NCBI RefSeq assembly: GCF_963921235.1
Contig: NC_086118.1
Coordinates: forward strand, 21,268,001-21,332,000
From: Mobula hypostoma
Taxonomy: Eukaryota
Direction of reading: 5' to 3'
DNA: 64,000 nucleotides
Shown: positions 12,147 through 25,110 of the stretch, piece after piece
How positions within the stretch are numbered: the first letter of the stretch is position 1
Layout of the letters: each line of letters begins with the position of its first letter
The notes under the pieces: model-generated
What the model saw: the letters and a program-made list of their open reading frames with translations, nothing else
Told to the model about the DNA's origin: nothing
Database searches by the model: none
Made by a program: the position numbers and the translations under genes

Positions 12147-13046
12147 ATGTGGGAAGTCAGGGCGAGTACAATTGTCCCTGATGACTACACCTGCGAAAGG
12201 TGCATCCAGCTGCAGCTCCTGACAAACCGAGTTAGGGAACTGGAGCTGGAGCTGGATGAACTTCGGATCATTCGGGAGGCGGAGGCAGAAACAGAGAGGA
12301 GTTACAGGGAGATAGTCACCCCTAAGGGTCAGGAGACAGGTAGCTGGGTGGCTGTCAGGAGAGGGAACGGGAATAGACAGAATGAGCAGAGCACCCCTGT
12401 GGCCATTCCCACCAATAATAAGTATACCGTTTTGGATACTGTTGATGGGGACGACCTACCAGGGACAAGTTGCAGTGGTTGTGCCTCTGGCACTGAGACG
12501 GGACCCTCAGCTCAGAAGGGAAGGAGGGAAAAGAGGAGAGCAGTAGCGATAGGGGATTCCATAGTTAGGGGGACAGATAAGAAGTTCTGTGGAAGAGATC
12601 GAGAATCCTGGATGGTCTGTTGCCTCCCTGGTGCCAAGATCTGTGATGTCTCGGATCGAGTTCTCAGTATTCTCAAGAGGGAGGGTGAGCAGCTGGATGT
12701 CGTGGTTCATGTAGGGACCAATGACGTGGGTAGGAAGAGTGAGGAGGTCCTGAAAGGTGAGTTTAGGGAGTTAGGTGCCAAGTTAAAGGACAGGACCTTC
12801 AGGATAGCAATCTCAGGATTGCTATCAGTGTCACATGCAGGCGGGTTTAGAAATAGTAAGATAGCACAGATCAACACGTGGCTGAAGACATGGTGCAGGA
12901 GGGAAGGCTTCAGATTTATAGATAATTGGGCAGTTTTCCAGGGAAGATGGGAGCTGTTCCAGTGGGACGGTTTACATCTGAACTGGAGGGGGACAAATAT
13001 TCTTGCAGGTAGGTTTACTAGAGAGGCTCCAGTGCATTTAAACTAG
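12147..13046 (+). CDS. CR1 ORF1p: N-terminal Zn-finger/coiled coil plus SGNH/GDSL esterase-like domain
   Basis: Open 299-aa frame with CERC, a heptad segment (LTNRVRELELELDELRIIRE), and IGDSIVRG, VHVGTND and DGLHLN blocks. The in-frame upstream CSVC implies the true start is slightly further 5'. Confidence 0.85.
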   Translation: MWEVRASTIVPDDYTCERCIQLQLLTNRVRELELELDELRIIREAEAETERSYREIVTPKGQETGSWVAVRRGNGNRQNEQSTPVAIPTNNKYTVLDTVDGDDLPGTSCSGCASGTETGPSAQKGRREKRRAVAIGDSIVRGTDKKFCGRDRESWMVCCLPGAKICDVSDRVLSILKREGEQLDVVVHVGTNDVGRKSEEVLKGEFRELGAKLKDRTFRIAISGLLSVSHAGGFRNSKIAQINTWLKTWCRREGFRFIDNWAVFQGRWELFQWDGLHLNWRGTNILAGRFTREAPVHLN

Positions 13047-13149
13047 ATACGGGGGAGGGGGGGGTGGGAGGGGAACCAGAGTGTCGGAACAGATGTAGGG
13101 GAGAAGGAAGAAAAAGGAGATAGTAAAGTTGTTTGCACTGTTAGTGACA

Positions 13150-15945
13150 AACAGAGAGTAAGAGGAGGAAAATTTCTTAAATGCATTTATTTTAATGCTA
13201 GGAGCATTGTAAGAAAGGTGGATGAGCTTAGAGCATGGATTGATATCTGGAAGTATGATGTTGTAGCAATTAGTGAAACATGGTTGCAGGAGGGGTGTGA
13301 TTGGCAACTAAATATTCCTGGATTTCATTGCTTCAGGTGTGATCGAATTGGAGGAACAAGAGGGGGAGGTGTTGCATTGCTTGTCAGAGAAAATATTACA
13401 GTGGTGCTCTGGCAGGATAGATTAGAGGACTTGTCTAGGGAGGCTATTTGGGTGGAATTGAGGAATGGGAAAGGTGTAGTAACACTTATAGGGGTGTATT
13501 ATAGACCACCAAATGGGGAGCGAGAATTGGAGGAGCAAATTTGTAAGGAGATAGCAGATATTTGTAGTAAGCACAAGGTTGTGATTGTGGGAGATTTTAA
13601 TTTTCCACACATAGACTGGGAAACCCATTCTGTAAAAGGGCTGGATAGTTTGGAGTTTGTAAAATGTGTGCAGGATAGTATTTTGCAGCAATACATAGAG
13701 GTACCAACTAGAGAGGGGGCAGTGTTGGATCTCCTGTTAGGGAATGAGATAGGTCAAGTGACGGAGGTTTGTGTTGGGGAGCACTTCGGGTCCAGTGATC
13801 ACAATGCCATTAGTTTCAATATAATTATGGAGAAGGATAGGTCTGGACCCAGGGTTGAGATTTTTGATTGGAGAAAGGCTAACTTTAAGGAGATGCGAAA
13901 GGATTTAGAAGGAGTGGATTGGGACAATTTGTTTTATGGGAGGGATGTAATAGAGAAATGGAGGTCATTTAAAGGTGAAATTTTGAAGGTACAGAATCTT
14001 TATGTTCCTGTTAGGTTGAAAGGTAAGGTTAAAAGTTTGAGAGAGCCATGGTTTTCAAGGGATATTGGAAATTTGGTTCAGAAAAAGAGAGACATCTACA
14101 ATAAATATAGGCGGCATGGAGTAAATGAGGTGCTCGAGGAATATAGAGAATGTAAAAAGAATCTTAAGAAAGAAATTAGAAAAGCTAAAAGAAGATACGA
14201 GGTTGCTTTGGCAAGTACAGTGAAGATAAATCCAGAGGATTTCTACAGTTACAGTAATAGCAAAAGGATAGTGAGGGATAAAATTGGTCCCTTAGAGAAC
14301 CAGAGTGGACAGCTATGTGTGGAGCCAAAAGAGATGAGGGAGACTTTAAACAATTTTTTTTCTTCGGTATTCACTAAGGAAAAGGATATTGAACTGTGTA
14401 AGGTAAGGGAAACAAGTAGGGAGGTTATGGAAACTATGATGATTGAAGAAGAGCAAGTACTGGCACTTTCAAGGAATATAAAAGTGGATAAGTCTCCGGG
14501 TCCTGACAGGATATTCCCTAGGACCTTGAGGGAAGTTAGTGTGGAAATAGCAGGGGCTCTGACAGAAATATTTCAAATGTCATTAGAAACGGGGATGGTG
14601 CCAGAGGATTGGCGTATTGCTCATGTAGTTCCATTGTTTAAAAAGGGTTCTAAGAGTAAACCTAGCAATTATCGGCCTGTGAGTTTGAACGTCAGTGGTG
14701 GGTAAATTGATGGAAAGTATTCTCAGAGACGGCATATATAATTATCTGGATAGACAGGGTCTGATTAGGAACAGTCAACATGGATTTGTGCGTGGAAAGT
14801 CATGTTTGACAAATCTTATTGAATTTTTTGAAGAGGTTACTAGGAAAGTTGAGGGTAAAGCGGTGGATGTTGTCTACATGGACTTCAGTAAGGCCTTTGA
14901 CAAGGTTCCACACGGAAGGTTAGTTAGGAAGGTTCAATTGTTAGGCATTAATATTGAAGTAGTAAAATGGATTCAGCAGTGGCTGGATGGGAGACGCCGG
15001 AGAGTAGTGGTGGATAACTATTTGTCAGATTGGAGGTCGGTGACTAGTAGCGTGCCTCAGGGATCTGTACTGGGTCCAATGTTGTTTGTCATATACATTA
15101 ATGATGTGGATGATGGGGTGGTAAATTGGATTAGTAAGTATGCAAAGGATACTAAGATAGGTGGAGTTGTGGATAATGAAGTAGGTTTTCAACCTTGCAG
15201 AGAGATTTAGGCCAGTGAGAAGAGTGGGCTGAAAAATGGCAGATGGAGTTTAATGCTGATAATTGTGAGGTGCTACATTTTGGTAGGACTAATCAAAATA
15301 GGATATACATGGTAAATGGTAGGGCATTGAATAATGCAGTAGAACAGAGGGATCTAGGAATAATGGTGCATAGTTCCCTGAAGGTGGAATCTCATGTGGA
15401 TAGGGTGGTGAAGAAAGCTTTTGGTATGCTGGCCTTTATAAATCAGAGCATTGAGTATAGGAGTTGGGATGTAATGTTGAAATTGTACAAGGCATTGGTC
15501 ACCGAATTATAGGAAAGATGTCAACAAAATAGAGAGAGTACAGAGAAGATTTACCAGAATGTTACCTGGGTTTCATCACCTAAGTTACAGAGAAAGGTTG
15601 TACAAGTTGGGCCTTTATTCTTTGGAGCGTAGAAGGTTGAGGGGGGACTTGATAGAAGTATTTAAAATTATGAGGGGGATAGATAGAGTTGACATGGATA
15701 GGCTTTTTCCATTGAGAGTAGGGGAGATTCAAACAAGAGGACATGAGTTGAGAGTTAAAGGGCAAAAGTTTCGGGGTAACATGAGGGGAACTTCTTTACT
15801 CAGAGAGTGGTAGCTGTGTGGAATGAGCTTCCAGCAGAAGTGGTTAAGGCAGGTTCGGTATTGTCATTTAGAGTTAAATTGGACAGCTATATGGACAGGA
15901 AAGGAATGGAGGGTTATGGGCTGAGTGCAGGTTGGTGGGACTAGG
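13150..15945 (+). pseudogene. CR1 ORF2p (APE endonuclease + RT), disrupted
   Basis: ISETWL, YYRPP, GDFN, LDL and SDH APE motifs. RT motifs follow, with the catalytic YADD changed to YAKD. Frameshifts near 14690, 15200, 15500 and 15790. Confidence 0.92.
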
Positions 15946-17699
15946 TGAGAGTAAGTGTTCGTCACGGACTAGAAGGGCTGAGATGGCCTGTTTCTGTGCT
16001 GTAAATGTTATATGGTTATATATATGCCTTACTGGTGGACAAAATGAAACTCTGAGGGAGAGTTGTGTAATATAATGGGTGTGCTAGGTGTGGAGCGGGT
16101 GCACTAAAAATACAATCCAACTGAAGCAGTAGGCATGATTTACATTATAAGGATCTACATTAATATGCACCAATAAAGTCTGCAAAGAGCAAGGATTTAT
16201 TCTCCTTTCATTTGAAAACCCTTTTTAACTAGTCTAGGAAAGCATCAGACAAATTACAGCTTTAGAGATGAATCTCAAATGAACATATTATTAGCTGTAA
16301 AAACTGACAATGCTTCAGTTACTCAACAAGTCAGGAAGTATCTATGGACAGCGCAACAGTCAATGACTTAGCTCAAAAAACTCTTGCCTGACTTTACGAT
16401 ATTTTAATTTAATAATAATTTAAGATTTTTTTTCTGATGGAAAAAGAATCTGAAACATTAATTGTTTCTTTCTCTGCCTGATCTACGGAGTACTCATAGC
16501 TCTTTTTGTTTTTGTTTCAAATATCCATTTTTGCAATCTTTTGCTGAGTATCTTTTTACATTAAATTACATTATGTTTGGTGTAGAACTTTGCAAAGAAC
16601 CCCAATTATATGGACTTTCTGCAGAATCAACCTTTGTCAGATAGTGACATTTGTCACTGCCCCAAGAATTTTGCCTTGCTGTACTCAGAAAAGATCAGAC
16701 CCACAATGTTTTCAAGTATGTGTGGTTCAGATGAACTGGAAGTGGTCACACAACAGTGCAGAGCTCAATCTCACCTCTGCCTTTATTCATTCAGTCATTA
16801 ATTATCAGCTGTTTTCTCCCTTGGTGGTTGCTCAGCTGCATTCATTGAACATCTGGATTTTTCTTGGTATGTGAGAATTGATTTATATTTTTTAAATTGG
16901 CAAAAACATTCCTTCTGAATTGATACTAATACACAGTTTTTCCTTCATTTTCACAATTTTATTTATTTATCATTTGAGCTAATTTTACCAAAAATATTCA
17001 AAATATTTGCTTCTATTGCCACCAACAGATTTGGCTCAATTCCAATGCAAGTATGTTTTGTTTCCTGCTACTAAACTGTTTAGTTTTCATGGTTACATAT
17101 TCTATTGAATGACTTAACCACTGGCTATAAGTTAGGATGCTATAAATCATATCTTTGTACTTGGATAGCAAATGTGGTTAAAGTTCTCGCTTTTCCCACA
17201 AGACAGCTTCAACCGCCACACACACGACCATCCAGCTTGAAGACTTTTGTGTGTGAAAAGATCACCCTTTGTTACATAAACAATGTGGCCAGATTTCCTC
17301 CTTGTGCAACAGTTCATTGTACTGTTTTGATTCTCCATTTAAATGTAAGAACAACCAAAGAATCTGAAGAGAAAACAATTTGCTCTGCTGTGTTTGCACT
17401 GAAATGACAGGCAGAATTCTGGTCAAGCTTGCAATGTTGAAAACAGCAATCTTTGATGTTGAAATTTGTGTTTGGCTATAATTAGCTCCCCATATCTTGA
17501 GATAAGGTCTTAAACTGCCAATAGCATAGGCAAGTATTCATGCAATTCCATTCCACCAGCCACTACTAATCATTAAAGACCTTCTAATACCTGTAGCTGC
17601 TGGGCATCAATAAACTCTTGACCATGCAAATTTGGAAATTTTCTTTAGTGAACACAAAATCAACTCGCATGGGTTTTTTAATATTAAACAATTTCCTGT

Positions 17700-18700
17700 T
17701 TTCATACAAGTATGAAGTAAGAGGACACTAAAACAAAGAGGATGAAGAATTAAGGGTAATAACAAAGGTAAGAACAAAGAGATAGAGTTTACAATATGAA
17801 AGTGTTTAGGCAGAGGAAGCAAAATTACTGCAAATTGAAATAAGAAAGTATGCAGATTCAAAGAGGCTGAAACTGCAAGAGTAGGAATTTCAAATTGTGA
17901 TGCAGAGGTGAAAGAGGGAGTACTAAGGAACTTGTAAAGAGAGACAAAGATTCTGAACATGATGCGGGAAGAGGAGCTTGATGTTCAAAGGCACTGGGTG
18001 TACCTGTACACAACTTACCAAAAGCCACTTGTAGATGCATCAAATCATCAGGAAGACAGATAATACCTTAGTCTCTATTACGAGATGACTCATGTACAGG
18101 AGTGTAGACAATATCCAGGTGTGGCCTTATATCATATATATATATATTGTCTGATGCTTTGGAGCCCAGGTTGAGAACCTCTGATCTAGACCCTTATAAG
18201 TCACTAATACAGCCTTAGATGGATATATTTTCAAACACTGCCTTTACTGGTTCCCTCCACTTAACCACCCGCACCCCCCCACACCTAGCACTCACACCAA
18301 CTACACAACTCTCCCTCAGACTTTGATTTTGTCCACCATTAAGGCATATCTTTGAGCTCTTAATTCCCATCCTTAGGAGTTTTAATTTACTACATCCATT
18401 GATATTTTTGCCTCCCTTTTCTCTTTCTGATTACCATCAAGTAGGAGGTGCAGGACCCTGCAATTATACAAGGCCTTAATGAGACCGCAACGGGATATTG
18501 TGAACAGCTTTGGTCGCCTTCCCCAGCAACACGATGCACTTAGAGTGCACCATAGACTGAATGAAAAGAGGAAAGATTCCCTTGCTTGAGATGTATTAAT
18601 GAATAGTACAGCAGGTTCAAAGGAAAAAATAACCTACACTTTCTATTTTTATATGGATAGGAAGCCACTGAGGCCAAAGGGGAGCAGGTTTTGTGTAAGG
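17700..18700 (+). mobile_element. Old, fragmented CR1 ORF2 remnants with an intervening insertion
   Basis: 'caattatacaaggccttaatgagaccgcaacgggatattgtgaacagctttggtcgcct' is a degraded QLYKALxRPxxxYCxQxWSP. Confidence 0.5.
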
Positions 18701-19399
18701 TGGAGTGTGGCAAGTTGCAATTTGAACAAAGTGGACTTTTAGAAGGGCAGGATTCAGAAAACACCAATGTTGGATAATTCAACCCACAAAGAAACAAAGG
18801 TAAAGTGGGAAGTATCTAATCTCATGCTGGAGACAGTTGCTGTAATGATGGTGAAGGTGTGGCACTTAGAGCTGATATTTCCAATAAGCTAACACTGTGC
18901 AACATTGGGCCTTATTTGAGAGAGCTTTAAGATTTAGGAAGAGAGCGGTATGCAAAGTTGCGAATGTTTAAGTGGGAGCTAAAACTAATTTAGTTTGTGC
19001 TGTCATAGATATATCAAAATGGCAAAGATAAACCCAAAATCCAGAATGTTCCAATTAATTTTGTGGTCGTCCTTCTTAAATGCTTACAATAAGTTTACTT
19101 GACATTAATTGACACTGGGTCAAGAGGATAGAAAACTGAGTTGGTGGAAGGGAAATTTTTAAACAAGTCATCTCAAAACAATTCATTGCTCGAAGTGGGA
19201 TAAATCCTTAAAACTGATCAGGTACAACAGATGAGTTAAAGATAGCAAGGGAGTTAAAAATACAGTTTGATCTGAGATTAGGTAAGATCAAATCTTCTCA
19301 GAATTCTTTTTAAATGGCTTAATTGGAGATGCTTCATGCTAACTTTTTCTTATTGTGGCAGAGAGGACAGGACATTTGATAGGAAAATCTCCCTTGCTG

Positions 19400-19710
19400 A
19401 TGAAAGACCTTGGCTCCCTCACCTTCTGTGTTTACATATTGATCCTCAGAGATGCCGACAGTAGACATAGGGTCAGCTTCCACATGTTAGCTGATGAAAT
19501 CCAGCTTTATCTCACCACCACCACCACCACCCTCAATTCCACAAAAGGCCCTATGTTGTCAGTCTGGAATCTAAGCAGAACAATTTTCAATCAAATACGA
19601 GGAAAACTCCAGGCACCTTGTGAATCTCCTGGTCAATCAAAACCATTTCTTCCTCAATGATAGTATTTAAGTAATACTGTGTGTAGTAGCCTTGTGGTCC
19701 TGCTTGACTG
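19400..19710 (+). mobile_element. L2-type LINE RT fragment
   Basis: Translation HRVSFHMLADEIQLYLT resembles the L2 FHxYADDTQLYL motif. Confidence 0.65.
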
Positions 19711-21013
19711 CTTTAGAGCAATATAAATGGAATGGATGATTAAATTCATTCAAAGGGAATATAAACTGGAAAATTCCCCTGCTGGCAATAAGCAGCCACA
19801 GGATGTTAATACACAGCTGAAGTTCCTGAATCAAAATCAGTGCCTTTGTGAAACTGTTTGTTAATTGAGAGCAGAAAGGTCATGCAGAAAGCTGAGGTCT
19901 GAATTCAATGAAATGATGAAAGGGCTGAGAGAAATGAATGGAACATTCAGAGGAAAAAATGTTTTGATAATTTTGTAAAATAAGTTACTTCTTTAGAAAT
20001 AGTGTTGCATTTGGGCGATTTAAATTTTCCAAAATGCATAGAAGGTTATGCAACAATAAAAGCATATTCCCATCAAATTACCATATATTTGCATAATCAA
20101 TCCAGAGAGTCCTTTTGTGCAATATACACCATTTGACTTGATTAGATTGAATTAGATGCTTAATTTCAACAATTCTTCATAATTACTTCAAAGAAGATAT
20201 GTCCTGTGGTCTAAATTAAGCTTTGGTTAATTAAAGTCTCTTCATTACCAAGGAAAGTCTGTCACCAAGATGTAATTCACTGCGTAAGGCCTTAAAGGAA
20301 CTTGTACACTCTGTTTAATACCACTTTAGAACTAAAACCACAAGGAAATGTGGATGTGACGAAAGTTACTTGGAAGTTCTGTTTTGGTCCTCACTGCAAA
20401 CTGAGTCATGCTAGTACAGCTGCCTCCACTTAAGTGTTCACCTTATTCATTTGCACAGACATTTAACGGCCAGCTTCCTCTTGTCAATTTCCAGAGAAAA
20501 TTCTTTTCATTAAAGGTTGTTTCCATTTAAAGGGGAAGGCAAGCTTGGAGGAATTTTATTTTTGATGAAATTCCTTTGCTTCTGTAGAAGAAAAATGATA
20601 CCCACATTTGATTCCATCTTCAACATGTTCCTGCCATGCAGACCCTGATAGTTGTTCCATTTGAGTCTAAGTGTACAGTTCACACGTTATCCGATTGTTG
20701 GCCTAATTCAAAACTGGTGTGGCAATTCTTTCTTGATGCACTTTCTAAATTACAACCTTGAGCCCATGTGTTGGGACTCATGGTGGGAACCTTGCCTTCC
20801 ATTGCATAAATGTGTCATTGTGCCATTTTGAACTTAACATATATTTAATTTTAGTTTGCTATCACATTTATGTTCAAACAGTTGCATCTAGTTCATCTTA
20901 ATGGATGTCTCAAAGTAGCTTTCAAGTGCTAGATGCCATCAAACATCCAACAGGGATTGGCTGGTATAGACCGGAAAAAGTGTTCAGCTTGTTCAATGAA
21001 ATGGAATTACTTA

Positions 21014-22545
21014 ATTCAGATTCAGAATCAGAATCAGATTTTATCATCACCGGCCTGTGTCGTGAAATTTGTTAACTTAGTAGCAGTACAATGAAATAGA
21101 CGATAAATACAGAGAAAACAAACTGAATTACATTAAACATATATATGTCTATTAAATAGTTAAGCTAAAATACGTAGAGCAAAAGAAAGAGAAATTAAAA
21201 AGTAGTGAGGTGGTGTTCATGGGTTCAATGTCCGTTTAGCAATCGGATGGCAGATGGGAAGAGCCGCTCCTGAATCACTAAGTGTGTACTTTCAGGCTTC
21301 TGTACCTCCTTCCCAATGCTAACAGTGTGAAGAGAGCATGTCCTGGTTGGTAGGGATCCTTAATGATGCACGCCGCCTTCCGAAGGCACTGCTCCTTGAA
21401 GAAGTCTTAGATATTCCTGCAGCTGTACAGGGTCCTGGTGAGACCACACCTGGAATATTGTGTGCAGTTTTGGTCTCCAAATTTGAGGAAGGACACTCTA
21501 GCTATTGAGGGAGTGCAGCGTAGGTTCACGAGGTTAATTCTCGGGATGGCGGGACTGTCAATTGTTGAAAGATTGGAGCAACTGGGGTTGTATACACTGG
21601 AATTTAGAAGGATCAGAGGGGATCTGATTGAAACATATAAGATTATTAGGGGATTGGACAAGCTAGAGGCAGGAAAACATGTTCCCGATGTTGGGGGAGT
21701 CCAGAACCAGAGGCCACGGTTTAAGAATAAGGGGTAGACAATTTAGAACAGAGTTAAGGAAAAACTTTTTCACACAGAGGGTTGTGGTTCTGTGGAATGC
21801 TCTGCCTCAGAAGGCAGTGGAGGCCAATTCTCTGGATTCTTTTAAAAAAGAGTTAGATAGCGCTCTTAAAGATAGCAGAGTGAAGGGATATGGGGAGAAG
21901 GCACGAAGAGGGTACTGATTGTGGATGATCAGCCAACGTCACAGTGAATGGTGGTGCTGGCTCAAAGGGCTGAATGGCCTACTCCTGCACCTATTGTCTA
22001 TTGTCATATTACAGAGGCTAGTACCCATGATGGAACTAACTAATTTTACAAGTTTCTGGAACTTACTTTGATTTTGTGCAGTAGCGGCCCCCTGCCAATA
22101 CCAGATGGTGATGCAGCCAGTCAGAATGGTCTCCACAGTACATTTGTAGGAGTTCTTGAGTATTTTAGTTGACAAATTAAATCTCCTCAAACTCCTAATG
22201 AAATATAGCCGGCTGCCTTCTTTATAGCTGCATCAATATGTTGGGACCAAGTTAGTTCCTCAGAGATCTTGACACCCAGACACTTGAAACTGCTCACTCT
22301 CTCCACTTCTGCTCCCTCTATGAGGATTGATTTGTGTTCCCTTGTCTTACTCTTTCTGAAGTGTACTCTTGCTGACATTGAGTGCAAGGTTGTAGCTATG
22401 ACACCACTCAACTAACTGGTATATCTTGCTCCTGTACGACCCCTCGTCACCATCTGAAATTCTGCCAACAATAGTTGTATCATCAGTAAATTTACAGATG
22501 GCATTTGAGCTAAGCTGAGCCACACAGTCTTGGGTGACAGTCACA
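21014..22545 (-). mobile_element. Rex1/Babar LINE 3' portion, split by a CR1 insertion
   Basis: KFTDDTTIVGRI, LVEWCHSYNLALNVSK, YKCTVETILTGCITIWY. (TCTGA[A/T])n tail at 21014-21040. Confidence 0.9.
21416..22005 (+). mobile_element. CR1 3' fragment nested in Rex1
   Basis: RPHLEYCVQFWSPNLRKD...FFTQRVV. Tail ctattgtctattgtc. ATATT is duplicated at 21411-21415 and 22006-22010. Confidence 0.9.
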
Positions 22546-22689
22546 GTTCAGTTCAGTTGAACACTGGGCATATATTCCTAATTTTTTAAGTGCAGTTTGT
22601 TAGCAATGAAACCCAGCCGGGCTTGCCAGAATGCTGTTTTGATTGGTGAACACTGTTTAGTATCAATTTCATTTTACATTCACTCATTG

Positions 22690-23789
22690 ACAACAAAAGC
22701 AGATGTTAGGCTGTCTTTAAAGAGAGTGAACCCTCGCAAGGCAGAAGGTCCCAATGGAGTACCTGGTCTGGCTCTGAAAACCTGCGCCAACCAACTAGCG
22801 GGAGTATTCAAGGACTTTTTCAACCTCTCACTGCTATGGGCAGAAGTTCCCACTTGCTTCAAAAAGGCAACAATTATACCAGTGTCAAAGAAGAATAATG
22901 TGGGCTACCTTAACGACTATCTTAAGGGCGTACTGGAGTGAGATATGCCAACTAGTGGAATGGTGCCACAGCAACAACCTGGCACTCAACGTCAGTAAGA
23001 TGAAAGAGCGAATTGTGGACTTCAGATAGGGTAAGACGAAGGAACACATACCAATCCTCATAGAGGGATCAGAAGTGGTGAGAGTGAGCAGCTTCAAGTT
23101 CCTGGCTGTCAAGATCTCTGAGGATTTAACCTTGTCCCAACATATTAATGTAGTCATAAAGAAGGCAAGATAGCGGCTATCCTTTATTAGGAGTTTGAAG
23201 TGATTTGGCATGTCAACAAATACGCTCAAAAACTTCTATAGTTGTACAGTGGAGAGCATTCTGACAGGTTGCATCATTGTCTGGTATGGAGGGGCTACTG
23301 CACAGGACCGAAAGAAGCTGCAGAAGGTTGTAAATCTAGTCAGCTCCACCTTGGGCACTAGCCTACTAAGTACCCAGGACATCTTTACGGAGCAGTGTCT
23401 CAGGAAGGCAGCATCCATTATTAAAGACCTCCAGCACCCAGGGCATGCCCTTTTCTCACTGTTACCATCAGGTAGGAGATACGGAAGCCTGAAGGCACAC
23501 ACTCAGTGATTCAGGAACAGCTTCTTCCCCTCTGCCATCCGATTTCTAAAGGGACTTTGAAGCTTTGGACACTACCTCACTTTTTTAATGTACAATATTT
23601 CTCTTTTTGCACTTTTTTAAATAATCTATTCAATATACATAATTGATTTACTTGTTTACTTATTATGTTTTACTTTATCTGTTATTTTTTCTCTCTCTGC
23701 TAGATTATGTATTGCATTGAACTGCTGCTGCTAAGTTAACAAATTTCACGTCACATGCCAGTGATGATAAACCTGATTCTGTTCTGATT
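22690..23789 (+). mobile_element. Rex1/Babar LINE with an internal deletion of the RT core
   Basis: VNPRKAEGPNGVPG...FKKATIIPVSKK...LNDY jumps at about 22922 to post-FADD sequence, then FYSCTVESILTGC...LPSGRRY. Tail acctgattctgttctga. Confidence 0.9.
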
Positions 23790-23942
23790 ATAACTAGAAT
23801 TAATTAATGAAGAATGATCAGACAAAGATTTTAATGTAGAGCAGTCAGCCTGAAGGGACTGTATTTGTAGCTCTCATGACTGTATTGTAACTTCCAAATG
23901 AAGATAATGATTTAAAGTAGGTCAGGTTTGATTTATGTGCAT

Positions 23943-24836
23943 TGTGATGAGAATACACATAAATTAAGATGTTAGCTGGCCTGGGCTGGCACCAGTGGGA
24001 TCAGCAGTTGGTCTGTCACCTGTCTTCAGGAGAGAGAGAGATAAGGAAAACAATGGAGCAGCATTTGGAGATGTTAATGAAGGGACGGGGAAAGAGTAAC
24101 GGAAGGAGAGCTGTCAAGATCGGCTCCCCCTTTGAACCCTGAACTGTTTGAAGTGATGGACAGGCGATACCCCAGCAGGGGGATAAAAAGGGACAGGTTC
24201 GCTAAGGCAAGACACACACACGACACCCCGAGGTAACGAGACCCTGGAAGCAGTGCGTCTCTCACAAGTTGGTGGGAAGTTTTGGACGGCTGGTCGCGGG
24301 ACAAGCCATAGACGCACAGGGTGGAAAGGCACGATCGGCGGGAACCTGGTGTGTGTCCACCCTTGCCTGGGTGCCAGGTTCACCGCAGAGAAACGATCAT
24401 ATCTGGAAACGGAGGGGTCACGGTCGGTGACCTCAGATGACATCACAAAGGGCTCGCCCGAAAGCTGACTGCAAAGGTCTGTGTGGAAGCCGTTTGAATA
24501 TTCATTCGTTTTGTTCTCTCTCTCCTTCCCCCCACACTGTCCATCTCCCACGGCAGCGATTACTGCGAACTGAACTGAACTAAATTGAACTGAACTTTGC
24601 GTCACTTTGAAACTGGTCATTTACCCCTAGACAACGATAGAGCTTGATTGATCCTGTTATCTTAATTCTGTGTACATGTGTGTTTATCATTGCTGAACGG
24701 TTGCATTTATTATCCTTTTGATTAGAGTACTGTGTTGCTTGTTTCCTTAATAAAACTTTCTTAGTTCTAGTAATCCAGACTCCAACTGAGTGATCCATTT
24801 CTGCTGGTTTGGCAACCCAGTTATGGGTACGTAACA
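23943..24836 (+). mobile_element. Solo LTR (894 bp), Gypsy- or ERV-type
   Basis: TGTGA...TAACA termini. 4-bp TSD GCAT at 23939-23942 and 24837-24840. AATAAA at 24749-24754. Internal (AACTG)n. Confidence 0.85.
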
Positions 24837-25110
24837 GCATTTACTTTTGTTGCTGTGAAAATGTTAACTGCCCTATCTTGAATACTCAAATTGACTGAAA
24901 GTGAAATAAATTGGAAAAATAATCACCAATTTTGACAGCAAAAATTGTTTTTAAAAAAGTGAGCTTCTTGCACTTAACACTACATTAAGTACTGGAATCT
25001 CAGAAATGAAGGCATCTGTAGCACTAACCATATACTCAAGAGTTACAAAGAGATTTTAACATCGAGTGTTTTTCAGGTGCTTTTAAAGCAGCTGCAACCA
25101 GAAAGTCACT

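Larger units (their letters stand above)
11960..16022 (+). mobile_element. Near-full-length CR1 LINE (5' UTR, ORF1, ORF2, 3' tail)
   Basis: Esterase ORF1, then APE-RT ORF2 in several frames, then 3' tail (ggactagaagggctgagatggcctg...ttatatggttatat). Confidence 0.95.

Noticed and set aside
23210..23509. Host gene fragment (Rex1 C-termini can resemble small annotated domains)
   Set aside because: The same peptide recurs in at least six dispersed copies, each tied to Rex1 RT or tail sequence.
24074..24840. ORFs inside the solo LTR
   Set aside because: No gag, pol or env motifs; they include translated microsatellite (SSVQF repeats).
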